Below, piece by piece: positions 1 through 10,906 of a DNA stretch of 64,000 bases; within the stretch, counting starts at the first letter, position 1; each line of letters starts with the position of its first letter. The stretch is taken from assembly GCA_963725075.1 (NCBI GenBank), contig CAVRXA010000003.1, forward strand, positions 2,485 through 66,484. Reading direction: 5' to 3'. The notes under the pieces were generated by a model. That model saw only the letters and a program-made list of their open reading frames with translations. It did not search any database and was not told the DNA's origin. The DNA comes from an uncultured Acidobacteriota bacterium (GTDB lineage: Bacteria; Actinomycetota; Acidimicrobiia; Spongiisociales; ZC4RG35). The translations under genes and the position numbers were made by a program.

Positions 1-409
1 CATTGCCGAGGCCCGGGAATGGCGTCTTCGCCACGGCGGGACCGTTTTCGCCATGTGGCCATATGCGGCCTCGGCATTGGTCAGCCTCGAAACCCGTCTG
101 CCCCGGATGAAGACGTATCGGGATCACGCCCTGGCGATCGCCGATGCCCTGCGTGACCTCGATCGGGTGCGGGTGGTTCCCGATCCGCCTCATACCTCGA
201 TGTTCCATCTTCACCTGAACGTCCCGTCGGAATTGTTGAAGGCCAATGCGCTGCGGATTGCCGAGGAGGAGGGGATCTGGACCTGGAAGACGACTTTCAC
301 CGGAACCCATCCCGATTGGCAGATCGTCGAGCTCACGGTTGGTGATTCGACGCTCGACTTCGAGCCAGGTGAGGTTCGCGACTTGATCACCCGCCTCATC
401 GCCGACTGA
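1..409 (+). CDS. Low-specificity threonine aldolase family protein, C-terminal part (5' truncated by window)
   Basis: Frame 2 is open from the window start: IAEAREWRLRHGGTVFAMWPYA..., then VVPDPPHTSMFH. EARxWRxRHGG is typical of PLP-dependent threonine aldolases. Confidence 0.7.
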   Translation, partial: IAEAREWRLRHGGTVFAMWPYAASALVSLETRLPRMKTYRDHALAIADALRDLDRVRVVPDPPHTSMFHLHLNVPSELLKANALRIAEEEGIWTWKTTFTGTHPDWQIVELTVGDSTLDFEPGEVRDLITRLIAD

Positions 410-423
410 TCCTCAGTCCAGGA

Positions 424-473
424 TTGACGGGTCCTCACTGACCTGGCATACTGAACCAAATGGTTCAGTATGC
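424..473 (+). promoter_or_regulatory. Sigma70-type promoter (TTGACG-17-CATACT) with a 13-bp perfect inverted repeat operator over the start codon
   Basis: GCATACTGAACCA-AA-TGGTTCAGTATGC at 446-473; TTGACG at 424-429; ATG at 460 lies 7 nt after the -10 (leaderless). Confidence 0.75.
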
Positions 474-795
474 GACGCTCGACCGGACTCTGGGGGCGAT
501 CTCCGACCCGACCAGACGTCAGATCCTGGACCGGCTCGGTCGCGGACCGGCCTCGATCACCGAGTTGGCGCGACCGTTGGCCATGTCGTTGACCGGTCTC
601 AAGAAACACGTCCGGATCCTCGAGGAGGCCGAGCTGGTGGTCACCGAGAAGGTCGGGCGGACCCGGAGTTGTCGGCTCGGCCCATCCCGGATGGACGACG
701 CGTTCGACTGGATCGAGTTCTACCGGAAGCAATGGGACCGCCGACTCGACGGGCTCGAGGCCTATTTCGAAGAGAAGAAAGGAGACGAACGATGA
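460..795 (+). CDS. ArsR/SmtB family transcriptional regulator
   Basis: AISDPTRRQILDRL...SITELA...KHVRILEEAELV..EKVGR winged HTH; ATGA overlap with the SRPBCC gene. Confidence 0.92.
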   Translation: MVQYATLDRTLGAISDPTRRQILDRLGRGPASITELARPLAMSLTGLKKHVRILEEAELVVTEKVGRTRSCRLGPSRMDDAFDWIEFYRKQWDRRLDGLEAYFEEKKGDER

Positions 796-1244
796 GTTAC
801 GAGCTCAGAGTGGAGAGGTTGATCGATGCCACCCCGGAGGAGGTATTCGACGCCTACACCGATCCCGAGGCGATGAGGGTGTGGTTCACCATCCTCAACG
901 AGGGGATGATCGTCGAGAACGAGATCGACCTCAGGGTGGGCGGGACCTGGGAGAGCGCCTGGGGTTTCTCCCCTGACGAGATGTTCCGCGAGACCCAGGT
1001 CTTCGAGGTCGTCGACCGGCCCCACCGGCTGGTCAGCAAGTCCAGCGGGAGCTCACCGGATGGCAGTGGCATCGATGACACAACGGTCGAGATCATCTTT
1101 GAGGACGAAGGGGGGAAGACACTGATGAAAGTGATCCACTCCGGGCTCCCCGACGAGTCGAATCGGGACTTCTTCGCCGATGTCGCCTGGCAGGGATTCT
1201 TCGATCGCCTCCAGGCCTACTTCGCCGCGAAGGTCGGCGGCTGA
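792..1244 (+). CDS. SRPBCC/AHA1-like (START fold) ligand-binding protein
   Basis: ELRVERLIDATPEEVFDAYTDPEAMRVWF...DLRVGG...GWQGFFDRL-like pattern; canonical ArsR-SRPBCC pair; ATG at 792. Confidence 0.88.
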   Translation: MSYELRVERLIDATPEEVFDAYTDPEAMRVWFTILNEGMIVENEIDLRVGGTWESAWGFSPDEMFRETQVFEVVDRPHRLVSKSSGSSPDGSGIDDTTVEIIFEDEGGKTLMKVIHSGLPDESNRDFFADVAWQGFFDRLQAYFAAKVGG

Positions 1245-1289
1245 TCCGATCCTGATCGGCGGCGCTCCTCACGTAGGGTCGGCGCCGCC

Positions 1290-2294
1290 GTGGAAATCGC
1301 CATCGTCGGGACCGGCAAGGTCGCCGAGCGCAACTACATACCGGGCCTGCTCCGACACGACGATGTCTCGTTGACCCTCTACTCGAGGACGAGGGAACGT
1401 GCCGATGCCCTGGGCGAGCGATTCGGGGTGCCGGTAGCCGGCTCCCTCGACGAATTGTTGGGGCGGGAACCGGAGGCGGTGTTCGTGCTCACCGGTGAGC
1501 AGGAGCGTCTGGAGGTGACCCGCGCAGCTTCTTGGCGTTCCGGCCCAGGCGGTTGTTCCTGGAAAAGCCTCTGGTGGCCAGGAACGGCCAGGCCAATGTC
1601 GTGGAACAGGACTTCTGGGACGGCAAGGCCCTCCTCGAGGAGGCCAACGCGGCAGGCGCCGAGGTGGCGATGGTGTTCAACTACCGGTTCTTCGACCAGA
1701 CGGTGCGTGGCCGGCAGATCATCGAAGACCGTGATTTCGGTGTGCCGGTGAGTGTCGTGGCGCTTTCCCACTACGCCACCTGGAGCCATTGCATCGATTT
1801 GATACTGCTTTTTGCCGGTCCGGTCGGGCGAATCTCCGCCCAGCAGGGCACTCGGGTCCATGAGCATCCCGCCTCGGGGACGGCGGCCGACATCGCCGCC
1901 TCCTTTCTGATCGGTGAGGACGCCACCGGGACTCTTCTCGGCACCAATGCGATCGATTGGGGGTTTCCCCTCTTCGAGTTGATCGTTGCCTTCGAGCGTG
2001 GTCGTCTCCACTTTCGCGGTCTCGATGAGGAGATGGAGGTGCTCGACTCCGACGGCGACGTGCATCGAGATCATCACGCCGAGCCGGGAAACCTCCCGCT
2101 GGGACAAGTACGACGCCTCATTCGAGAAATCCATCGACGCCTATCTCGACTCGGTTCGGGCGGGCCTCCCACCGCCGGTTCCGGGCATCGCAGGCCTTCG
2201 CGAACTGCAGTTCGAAGCGAGTCTCAAGCGATCGATCGCCGAGCAGCGTCCGGTGGTCCCTGATGATGATTTCCCGATCGAGCCGGTACGGTGA
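1290..2294 (+). CDS. Gfo/Idh/MocA family oxidoreductase (two frameshifts, ~1530 and ~2065)
   Basis: IAIVGTGKVA Rossmann start; LEKP motif and FNYRF in the next frame; C-terminus in a third frame ending 2294. Confidence 0.8.
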
Positions 2295-2304
2295 CCGCCG
2301 TCAA

Positions 2305-3259
2305 ATGCGATACATCGAGATAACCGACATCGAGCAGCCCGTTTCGGTCCTCGGTCTGGGCACCACTTCCACGATCTTCACACCTGCCGGAGATGACCGG
2401 GTTGCCGAGCTCATCGACGCCTACCTCGCCGCTCGGCGGGAACTGCATCGACACCGCCCACATCTATGGGTTCGGCGAGAGCGAGAAAGCTCTTGGCCGG
2501 TGGCTAGAGCAATCGGGTCGACGTGATGACATCCTTCTGATTACCAAGGGCTGCCACCCACGCGTAGACGAGGCCGGGCGGTTTGGTCCGCCACGCGTCA
2601 CGCCCGAAGCGATCCACACCGACCTGACCGAGAGCCTGGAGAGACTTGGGATCGATCACGTCGATCTGTACCTGCTGCACCGGGACGACGAGACGGTGCC
2701 TCCCGGCCCGCTCCTGGAGGCGCTCAACGAGGAGAAGGCGAGCGGCCGGATCAGGGCGTTCGGTGCCTCCAACTGGACGGTCAAACGGCTCGACGAGGCC
2801 AACCAGTATGCCGCCGAGCATGGGCTCGCCGGGTTTGCCGCGTCCTCGCCGGGTCTGAGCCTGCCCCGCCCGGTCGCCATGCAGTTTCCCGGCACGTTGT
2901 TCGCCGACGACGACACCCGCCGCTGGCATGCCGAGACCCGGCTGCCGGTGTTCGCCTGGACCTCGCTGGCGGCCGGATTCGCCAGCGGTCGGTTTCGACC
3001 CGATGACACGGATGTGGACGAGAGCACCAGGGCCTTCTTCTCCGAGGACAACTTCGAGCGGATGCGGCGGGCACAGGAGGTGGCCGAGAGACGGAACGCA
3101 TCGGCTCTGCAGGTCGCCCTCGCCTTCGTCCTGGGTCAGGAGTTCCCGGTTGTCGCCCTCGTCGGCCCTTCCCGGGTCGAGAATCTGCATGGCACGCTGG
3201 GCGCGCTCGACGTCGACCTGACCCCAGACGAAATGCGCTACCTCGATCTAGAGACCTAG
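2305..3259 (+). CDS. Aldo/keto reductase (frameshift ~2425)
   Basis: VSVLGLGT, then IDTAHIYGFGESE, ITKG, SLERLGIDHVDLYLLHRDD, FGASNW. Confidence 0.88.
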
Positions 3260-4263
3260 CGGCGGCGCCCCTCGCGCCTGCTCCCGACAGTGGCCTTCGG
3301 CACTGAGGCGTCGAGCCGATCGCGGATCTCGTCGAAGCTCGGACGCTCATCGGCCACGAAGCCATCGACCGCTTCCCGGATTGCGGCGGTGTGGTCTGGA
3401 GTCGACCCGCAACACGCTCCCACGATCCTCGCCCCCGAGCGCAGGGCCAGCTCCACGTAGTCGGCCATTCCGTCCGGACCGATCGGGTAGGTCAGACCGC
3501 CTTCGGTTTGATAGAGCGGAATCCCGCAGTTGGCCTTGGTGATGGTCACCGCCTCGGGCGCGACCTCGCCCAGGGCATGTGCCGTGGCAACCGCGTCTCC
3601 GGGGCCGATGCCGCAGTTGGCGCCGATGGCGGCGACCTCTGAGTGCCCTAACCACCACCGCCCGAAGTCCCGGGGATGGATGCCCATCATGGTGTGGCCG
3701 GCTGTGTCGAAGCTCAGAGTGGCGGCGATCGGGAGACCGGTTCCGGCCGCGGCCTCGACCGCCGCGTTGAGCTCCTCGTACGAGGAGATGGTCTCGATCC
3801 AGATCACGTCCGCTCCGGCCTCTGCCAGCGCCTCGCACTGTTCTGTGAACACCTCGACGCCGCGCTGATGGGACAGGGTGCCCAGCGGCTCGAACAGCTC
3901 ACCGGTGGGCCCGACGCTCCCCGCGATCGCAACCGGACGATCGGCAAGGTCTGCGGCCCGCCTCGCCACCGCGACCCCGGCATGGTTCAGCTCGGCCACA
4001 CGGTCCCCGAGTTTGTGGAGGTCGAGACGAAGCCGGTTGCCCCCGAAGGTGTTGGTCAAGACGATGTCGGCGCCGGCCTCGATGAACCTGCGATGGACCT
4101 TCTCGACGAGGTCGCTTTCTTCGATGTTGAGCAACTCGGGGCAGCCTCCGCCTTCGAGGCCGAGTGAGAAGAGCGTTGTCCCCATTGCCCCATCGGCTAC
4201 CAGGTAGGGGTTGGCAGCGAGCAGATCGGTGAAAACTGTTCTTGCAGCGTCTTGATGGGCCAT
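3256..4263 (-). CDS. bmt: Stand-alone homocysteine S-methyltransferase domain (Bmt-like; Hcy-binding module of a split B12-dependent methionine synthase)
   Basis: DGAMGT, AGADIVLTNTFG, GSVGPTG, GANC and VGACCG Zn ligands; 335 aa with no pterin or B12 domain. Confidence 0.85.
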   Translation of the reverse strand: MAHQDAARTVFTDLLAANPYLVADGAMGTTLFSLGLEGGGCPELLNIEESDLVEKVHRRFIEAGADIVLTNTFGGNRLRLDLHKLGDRVAELNHAGVAVARRAADLADRPVAIAGSVGPTGELFEPLGTLSHQRGVEVFTEQCEALAEAGADVIWIETISSYEELNAAVEAAAGTGLPIAATLSFDTAGHTMMGIHPRDFGRWWLGHSEVAAIGANCGIGPGDAVATAHALGEVAPEAVTITKANCGIPLYQTEGGLTYPIGPDGMADYVELALRSGARIVGACCGSTPDHTAAIREAVDGFVADERPSFDEIRDRLDASVPKATVGSRREGRRR

Positions 4264-4332
4264 CTCCGTCTCCTGTTGTGAAGGCGGCCCTCAAACGAGG
4301 GAACCGCCGCAGCGAGTGCCGGGCGGTTCTTC

Positions 4333-4393
4333 CATCCCGACGCTTTAGCCGCATTTCTTGAGCGCCCGCAAGCTGTGGATCAAATCGGCGCTT
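4333..4393 (-). ncRNA. SAM-II (SAM_alpha)-like riboswitch
   Basis: Minus strand AGCGC-CGAUUUGAUCCACAGCUUGCG-GGCGCU-CAAGAAAUGCGGCUAAAGCGUCGGGAU has the SAM-II hallmarks (P1 stem, GAUUU, UUGC, GCUAAA) and lies upstream of a methionine-synthesis gene. Confidence 0.8.
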
Positions 4394-4428
4394 TCAAGGG
4401 AGGATACGCAAGTTGACGTCAGCTGACA

Positions 4429-4458
4429 AGGAAGACGGCCCCGGAGGGCCGTCTTCCT
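4429..4458 (-). terminator. Intrinsic terminator-like hairpin after the substrate-binding protein gene
   Basis: AGGAAGACGGCCC-CGGA-GGGCCGTCTTCCT perfect 13-bp stem, about 19 nt past the stop at 4477. Confidence 0.7.
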
Positions 4459-4476
4459 CGAACGTCACCGATGCGA

Positions 4477-5470
4477 TTACTGGTCTGCCAGCCAGGCTGA
4501 CCAGACGTCCTCGTTGTCTGCAATCCACTGGGCGGCGACGTCGGCGGCCTCTTCGCCGTCGATCTCGACCGCGGGCAGCATGCCGAGCTGGTCCTCGGTA
4601 GTGATGGTGAACTTCTCCAGGAAGGACTGCACGTTCGGAGCCTTCTCTGCGAGTTGGGCCGAGGCGTACTTGGTGAGCACGTCCTCGGGGTAGTCACAGT
4701 CGATGGCGGCCGGGTCCGCGTAGCAGTCCTCGTTGTATTCGGGGAGAAGGACGTTGACCAGGTCGTAGGCGGCTACGGCCGCAGTCGGGGTCCACCAGTA
4801 CATGAGGATGGGCTCCTCGGCGGCGAATCGAGTGTCGAGCTCGGCGACTGTGGAGGCCTCGCTCCCTGAGAAGACGACCTGGAACGGCAGCTCGAGGTTG
4901 GCGATGATCGCCTCGTCGTACTGGGAGTAAGAGGGGTCGGTCCCCAGGAAGCGACCGTTCTCACCGGTCTCCGCGGTGGCGAACATTGCCGCCACCTCCG
5001 GATCGGCGTAACCCTCCCAGGTGGCCAATTCGGGGTTCGCGTCGATCACGTACTGCGGGGTGAACCAGCCGATCTTGCCGATTGCCCCCAACTCGCCAAT
5101 ATCGACAACGCTGCCGTCGTCGATGATACGCCTGCTCTTCCTCGACCACGCCAGAGGGCCAGACCTCGAGCACTGCGTCCAGCGAGCCGTCCGAGAGCCC
5201 GGTGAACATGGTGTTCTCGTCGATGGCGACGATCTCGACCGGGTTGCCCAGCTCCGCCTCGATCAATTGGGCGGCGATCTCGGCGTTGAGCGCCGAAGCG
5301 GTCCACGCATTCGCCACGATGTTGATGGTTTCCCCTTCTCCACCTGCCGCTGCGGTGGTGTCGGCGCCGCCGTCGGCGGCTGCCTCGGTCGTTGCGGTTC
5401 CGCCGTCGTCACCACATGCGGCCAACAGCAGCGCCATGGCCGATATCAGGATCCAGATTCGCTTTTTCAT
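4477..5470 (-). CDS. Glycine betaine/proline-type ABC substrate-binding lipoprotein (ProX/OpuAC family; frameshift ~5125)
   Basis: Lipobox LLAAC, T/A-rich linker, NAWTAS, LEVWP, GWFTPQY, YWWTP; two overlapping ORFs join. Confidence 0.88.
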
Positions 5471-5552
5471 GGTTCTCCTAGGGCCCGCGGCCGACGATCG
5501 CGGCCGGAAAGGGCCGCTGGTACATTACCGACGTGGCTGTCACGAAGGGGCT

Positions 5553-6576
5553 GTGACCGGCGACGTATGCCTGTCGGTCGAGCACATCTGGAAAGTCTTT
5601 GGTGCTAAGCCCGACAAGGCAATCGAGATGGCCGGTAGCGGCGCATCCCGCGAGGAGGTGCAGCAGGCGACCGACTGCACCATCGGCGTGCGCGATGTCA
5701 CCTTCGACGTGGGCCGCGGGAGAGACCTTCGTCGTCATGGGCCTGTCCGGCTCGGGCAAGTCGACCCTCATCCGTTGTGTTTCCCGTCTCAACGACGTGA
5801 CACGGGGCAAGGTCCTTCTCGACGGCGAGGACCTGACCGCGATGAGCGTCGACCAGTTACGGGACGTCCGCAGACACAAGATGTCGATGGTCTTCCAGCA
5901 TTTCGGCCTGTTCCCACATCGACGGGTGATCGACAACGCCGCCTACGGGCTCGAAGTCCAGGGTGTCGACAAGGCCGAGCGTTACGAGCGGGCGACGAAG
6001 GTGCTCGAGGTCGTCGGCCTCAAGGGATGGGAGCAGAGCTTTCCCCAGCAGCTGTCCGGCGGCATGCAGCAGCGCGTCGGGTTGGCCCGAGCGTTGACGG
6101 TGGACCCCGAGATCATGTTCTTCGATGAGCCATTCTCCGCCCTGGATCCCCTCATCCGACGTGACATGCAGGACGAGCTCATCAGGCTCCAGGAGACTCT
6201 GCAGAGAACGATCGTCTTCATCACCCACGACTTCTCCGAGGCCATAAAGCTCGGCGATCGCATCGCCATCATGAAGGACGGAGGGTTCGATCAGGTGGGC
6301 ACCGCGACGGAGCTGATCAGCGATCCCGCCACTGACTACGTGCGGGAATTCACCAAGGAGATCCCCAAGGCCAAGGTGCTTACCACGGCCGCCGTGCTCA
6401 AAGAGGGTACGGGCGCACCCAACGGCCGGACGGTGCAGCTCGACGACACCATCGAGACGGTGCTGCCGGCGCTGCTCGACGACGACGCCGATATCTGGGT
6501 AGAGGACCCGGACGGGAAGCAAGTCGGGGTGGTGGATCGTCGGGCGGTGGCCAAGGCCATCGAGCCGGAGAGATGA
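5553..6576 (+). CDS. proV: Glycine betaine ABC transporter ATP-binding subunit (ProV/OpuAA; frameshift ~5715)
   Basis: HIWKVFG N-terminus; FVVMGLSGSGKST, MVFQHFGLFPH, LSGGMQQRVGLARAL, DEPFSALDPLIR. Confidence 0.92.
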
Positions 6577-8507
6577 CCGACGTCCTCCAGCCCTCTGATG
6601 TGGCCCTTGCCGAGGAGGGAGCGGGGCGGTTCAGGATCCGGGCATGGTGGATCGTCGGCATTGTCGGCATCATCCTGCTTCAGGTCCTTGTCACCTCGCC
6701 CACGTTCCCCGCCCTATGGGACACATACATCTCGGAGCCGGTCGATCAGTTCTCAGCATGGCTTCGGGAGAACCGCCAGCTCCATCCCGCCTTCACCGGG
6801 TTCTTTCATCCCCTTCTCCGCTGCGGTCGACTGGGGTCTCAGGACGGTTGAGTCGTTCCTTCTCTGGCTTCCCTGGTTCGTCCTCCCCATGGCGGTGTTC
6901 CTCGTCATCTTCAGGACCGGGGATTGGAAGACCGCCCTCGTGGCCCTCGCCGCGGTCCTCTATCCCGGTCTGATCGGTCTCTGGGACCACCACCATGGAG
7001 ACGCTCTCTCTGATGACCATCGCCGTCGTGATCGCGTTGGCCATCGGGATCCCCTTGGGCGTGTGGGCGGCCCGCTCGGCGCGGGTCGATCGCGCGATCA
7101 AACCAGTCCTCGACGCGATGCAGACGATCCCCGCTCCGGTCTACTTCATCCCCATGGTCCTCCTGTTCGGCATCCGACGGGTGCCGGCCACGATCGCCAC
7201 GGTCATCTACTCCCTGCCCCCTGCAGTGAGACTGACCACTCTCGGCATCCAAGGCGTTCCCCGTCCGTCGGTGGAGGCGGCCGAGATGTACGGGTCCACC
7301 GGGCGGCAGACGCTGTTCAAGGTGCAGCTGCCGATGGCGATGCCCTTCATCATGACCGGGGTCAATCAGACGATCATGATGGCTCTGGGCATCGTGGTGC
7401 TGGCCACACTCCTCGGCGCCGGCGGACTGGGTCAGGAGGTGCTCCAAGCTTTGAACCAGCGGCGCACCGGACGCGGTCCTGGCCGCGGGCCTCGCCATCG
7501 TGGCGGTGGCGATGGTTCTGGACCGAGTTGGACGGTCGCTCGCCTTCGCCGACAGGACCCGACCTGCTTCGCGGCGCTACGTGATCACCGCGCTGGCGTT
7601 GGTCCTGGGGGGGATCGTGGTGGGGCGTGTCATGGGCTGGGTCGAGTTCCCGGCGGTATGGGAGGTCAGGGTCTTCGATCCGGTCGACACCTTCGTGCGC
7701 TGGGGACGGGACAACCTCTCCTTCATCACCCGCCCGGTGAACGATTTCATCGTGGCGGGGCTGCTCATCCCCGCCCGCGACTTTCTCATCGTCACTGTGG
7801 CCTGGCCGGTGCTCATCGCCGTCGACCGCCATCCTCTGCTGGAGGCTGAAGGGGGTGGGTCTGGCGATCTTCGCCGGGGCAGCCCTCCTCATGGTCGGGC
7901 TGATCGGGATGTGGGAGCTGTCATTGGGGACCCTGGTCCAGGTGCTGGCGGCGGCTCTCATATCGGTTGCCATCGCCATCCCCGTGGGGATCTGGGCCGG
8001 TCGAAGCCCGAGGGTCGAGAAGGTGCTGACCCCGTTCCTCGACGCCCTCCAGACCATCCCCTCGTTCGTGTTCATCATCCCGGTGATCCTCTTCTTCACC
8101 GTTGGCCAGGTCCCCGGCATCATCGCCGCAGTCCTCTACGCCATCGTCCCCGGCATCCGGATCACCGCGCTCGGCATCAAGGAGGTCCCCGAGGAGAGCG
8201 TCGAGGCATCCGAGACTTTCGGGGCCACCCGGCGGCAAACGATGTTCGGGGTGAGGATCCCCCTCGCCGCTCCAACCATCCTGGCTGCGGTCAACCAGGT
8301 GATCATGATGGTCCTCGCCATGGTGATCATCGCCGGGCTGGTCGGGGGTGGAGCACTCGGTTACGAGACGGTCAAGGCATTGACACCGCGGCGAGACCGG
8401 TCTCGGGTATCGAGGTCGGATTCGCCATCGTGGTGATGGCGATCATCCTCGACCGGGTCACCCAGGCATGGGCGGCCAGGCTCCAGCCACCGACTCCTGC
8501 CCCCTGA
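6573..8507 (+). CDS. proW: Glycine betaine ABC permease with two fused ProW domains (several frameshifts)
   Basis: Two copies of LDAxQTIP / EA(A/S)ExxG / VNQxIMMxL spread over successive frames. Confidence 0.82.
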
Positions 8508-8532
8508 CCTGCCACTACTACCGTCCCGAAAC

Positions 8533-9993
8533 ATGAGTCTCGACACCCAGCAGCTCTATATCGGCGGCACCCGGGTGGACGCCGTTTCGGGGGAGACCTT
8601 CGCCACGATCAACCCCGCCACCGGTGAGGAGATCTGTCAGGTCCAGCATGCCGGGACCGCTGATGTCGACCGGGCCGTGGCGTCATCGCGGGAGGGATTC
8701 GAGGTCTGGCGTCAGATGTCGGGAGCGGAACGGGGCCGGATCCTCAACCGGGCTGCGGGTCTCCTTCGGGACAACAACGAGGAGCTGGCCCGGCTCGAGG
8801 TGCTCGACACCGGCAAGCCGATCCAGGAGGCGATCGCCGTCGACGTCCTGTCCGGCGCCGACGCCGTCGAGTACTACGCCGGCCTGGCCGCGAGCATCCA
8901 CGGTGAGACCTTCGATCTGGGCAGTGCCTGGGCCTACACCCGTCGCGAGCCCCTCGGGGTTTGCGTCGGGATCGGAGCCTGGAACTACCCGATCCAGATC
9001 GCCTGCTGGAAGTCAGCCCCGGCCCTCGCCTGTGGCAATTCGATGGTGTTCAAGCCCGCCGAGCTCACACCGCTCACTGCGCTGAGACTTGCCGAGATCT
9101 ACACCAAGGCCGGGCTCCCGGATGGGGTGTTCAACGTCGTTCAGGGTGATCACCGCACCGGGGAGGCGCTCGTGGCTCATCCCGACGTCGCCAAGGTGTC
9201 GCTGACCGGCGAGGTGGGCACCGGGAAGATCGTCATGGCCAACGCCGCCGCCACCCTCAAGCACGTGACCCTGGAGCTGGGGGGGAAGAGCCCGCTGATC
9301 ATCTTCGACGACGCCGATCTCGACAATGCAGTCTCCGCCGCCCTGATGGCCAACTTCTACACCCAGGGCGAGATCTGCTCCAACGGGACCAGGGTCTACG
9401 TCCACGAGGAGATCCACGACGAGTTCCTCGACCGTCTGGTCACCCGGACCTCGAAGATGAAGATCGGCGACCCGATGGATCCCGACACCCATGTCGGGGC
9501 GCTCATCTCGCGTGAGCACATGGACAAGGTTCTCTCCTACATCGAGGCAGGGAAGACGGCCGGGGCAACCGTCGTCATCGGTGGGGACCGTCCTTCCGAC
9601 CCCTCGTTGGAGGGTGGCTATTTCGTCGAGCCGACCGTGTTCGATGCCTGCACCGACGACATGTCGATCGTCCAGGAGGAGATCTTTGGGCCGGTCATGG
9701 CGGTGCTCAGCTTCAGGGACGAGGACGATGTCATCGCCCGGGCCAACGACACGCCGTACGGGCTGGCGGCGGGTGTTTTCACCAAGGACATCCAGCGCGC
9801 CCACCGGGTGGTGGCCCGGCTCGAGGCGGGGACGACCTGGATCAACAACTACAACATCACCCCGATCGAGATGCCATTCGGCGGCTACAAGCAGTCCGGG
9901 ATCGGCCGGGAGAACAGCCTGGTCACCATCAACCACTACACCCAGGTCAAGAGCGTGTACGTGGAGATGGGCGACGTCGAGGCGCCGTACTAG
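8533..9993 (+). CDS. betB: Betaine aldehyde dehydrogenase
   Basis: [59 protein letters not shown]; betaine transporter context. Confidence 0.92.
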   Translation: MSLDTQQLYIGGTRVDAVSGETFATINPATGEEICQVQHAGTADVDRAVASSREGFEVWRQMSGAERGRILNRAAGLLRDNNEELARLEVLDTGKPIQEAIAVDVLSGADAVEYYAGLAASIHGETFDLGSAWAYTRREPLGVCVGIGAWNYPIQIACWKSAPALACGNSMVFKPAELTPLTALRLAEIYTKAGLPDGVFNVVQGDHRTGEALVAHPDVAKVSLTGEVGTGKIVMANAAATLKHVTLELGGKSPLIIFDDADLDNAVSAALMANFYTQGEICSNGTRVYVHEEIHDEFLDRLVTRTSKMKIGDPMDPDTHVGALISREHMDKVLSYIEAGKTAGATVVIGGDRPSDPSLEGGYFVEPTVFDACTDDMSIVQEEIFGPVMAVLSFRDEDDVIARANDTPYGLAAGVFTKDIQRAHRVVARLEAGTTWINNYNITPIEMPFGGYKQSGIGRENSLVTINHYTQVKSVYVEMGDVEAPY

Positions 9994-10012
9994 GTAGGAA
10001 TCCGAGAGGGAG

Positions 10013-10852
10013 GTGAGGAAAGTGGCTGATCGCTTCCTGGCGGGCAGGACCGCCATGGTGACGGGCGGGGCATCGGGGATGGGGCTGGCAATGGCTCAGG
10101 CGTTTGCGTCGGAGGGTGCCAACGTCAGCATCGGGTCCCTCCTCTCTGCCGGTTCGAAGACCGAAGGTGAAGTGGTCCACATCCCGGGTCAGGAGCAGAT
10201 GGAACACGCCATCTCGGTCATCGAGGGGGAAGGGGTGGAGTGTCTCGGCCTCGACCTCGACGTCACCTCGGACGATTCCGTCGAGGCGTTTCACCAGGCG
10301 ACGGTGGACCGGTTCGGCCCGGTCGACATCCTGGCCAACGCAGCCGGCATCACCGCCGAGCAGACCATCGTCGGACACCCGGACGCACTGTGGGACAAGG
10401 TGATCGACGTCAATCTCACCGGCACCTACCGGGCGATCAAGCGGGTGCTCCCCGGGATGATCGAGAGAGAGTGGGGCCGGATCATCAACATCGCCTCCAC
10501 CGCGGCGTCGGTGGGTGCGGTCACTTCGGGCGCCTATTGCGCATCCAAGGCCGGGGTCGTCGGACTGACCAGATGTGTCGCTCTCGAGGGTGCCCCGCAC
10601 GGGGTCACTTGCAACGCGATCAGCCCGACCTGGGTCGATACCTCATTCGGCCGGGAGTGGATGTCCGACATCGCCGAGAAACAGGAGCATCGGTCCGGGG
10701 AGGAGTACATCTCCGACGTGGAGAAGACCAATCCCCAGGGTCGTCTCATTTCCCCGACCGAGATCGGCGCCCTGGCCCTCTTCCTGTGTAGCGACGGGGC
10801 CAGGGGGGTCACCATGGAGGATCTGCGCGTCTCGGCCGGATCGCTCTGGTAG
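10013..10852 (+). CDS. Short-chain dehydrogenase/reductase (3-hydroxybutyrate dehydrogenase-like)
   Basis: TGGASGMG, NAAGI, NIASTA, YCASK, NAISPTWV. Confidence 0.88.
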   Translation: MRKVADRFLAGRTAMVTGGASGMGLAMAQAFASEGANVSIGSLLSAGSKTEGEVVHIPGQEQMEHAISVIEGEGVECLGLDLDVTSDDSVEAFHQATVDRFGPVDILANAAGITAEQTIVGHPDALWDKVIDVNLTGTYRAIKRVLPGMIEREWGRIINIASTAASVGAVTSGAYCASKAGVVGLTRCVALEGAPHGVTCNAISPTWVDTSFGREWMSDIAEKQEHRSGEEYISDVEKTNPQGRLISPTEIGALALFLCSDGARGVTMEDLRVSAGSLW

Positions 10853-10906
10853 ACAGACAGCGAAATTGAGAGCCACGATGCCACATGTGACACCTCTAGC
10901 TCCCAA

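Noticed and set aside
1257-1290. GC-rich hairpin between the SRPBCC and Gfo/Idh/MocA genes
   Set aside because: Imperfect stem with no U tract; cannot be distinguished from chance at this GC content.
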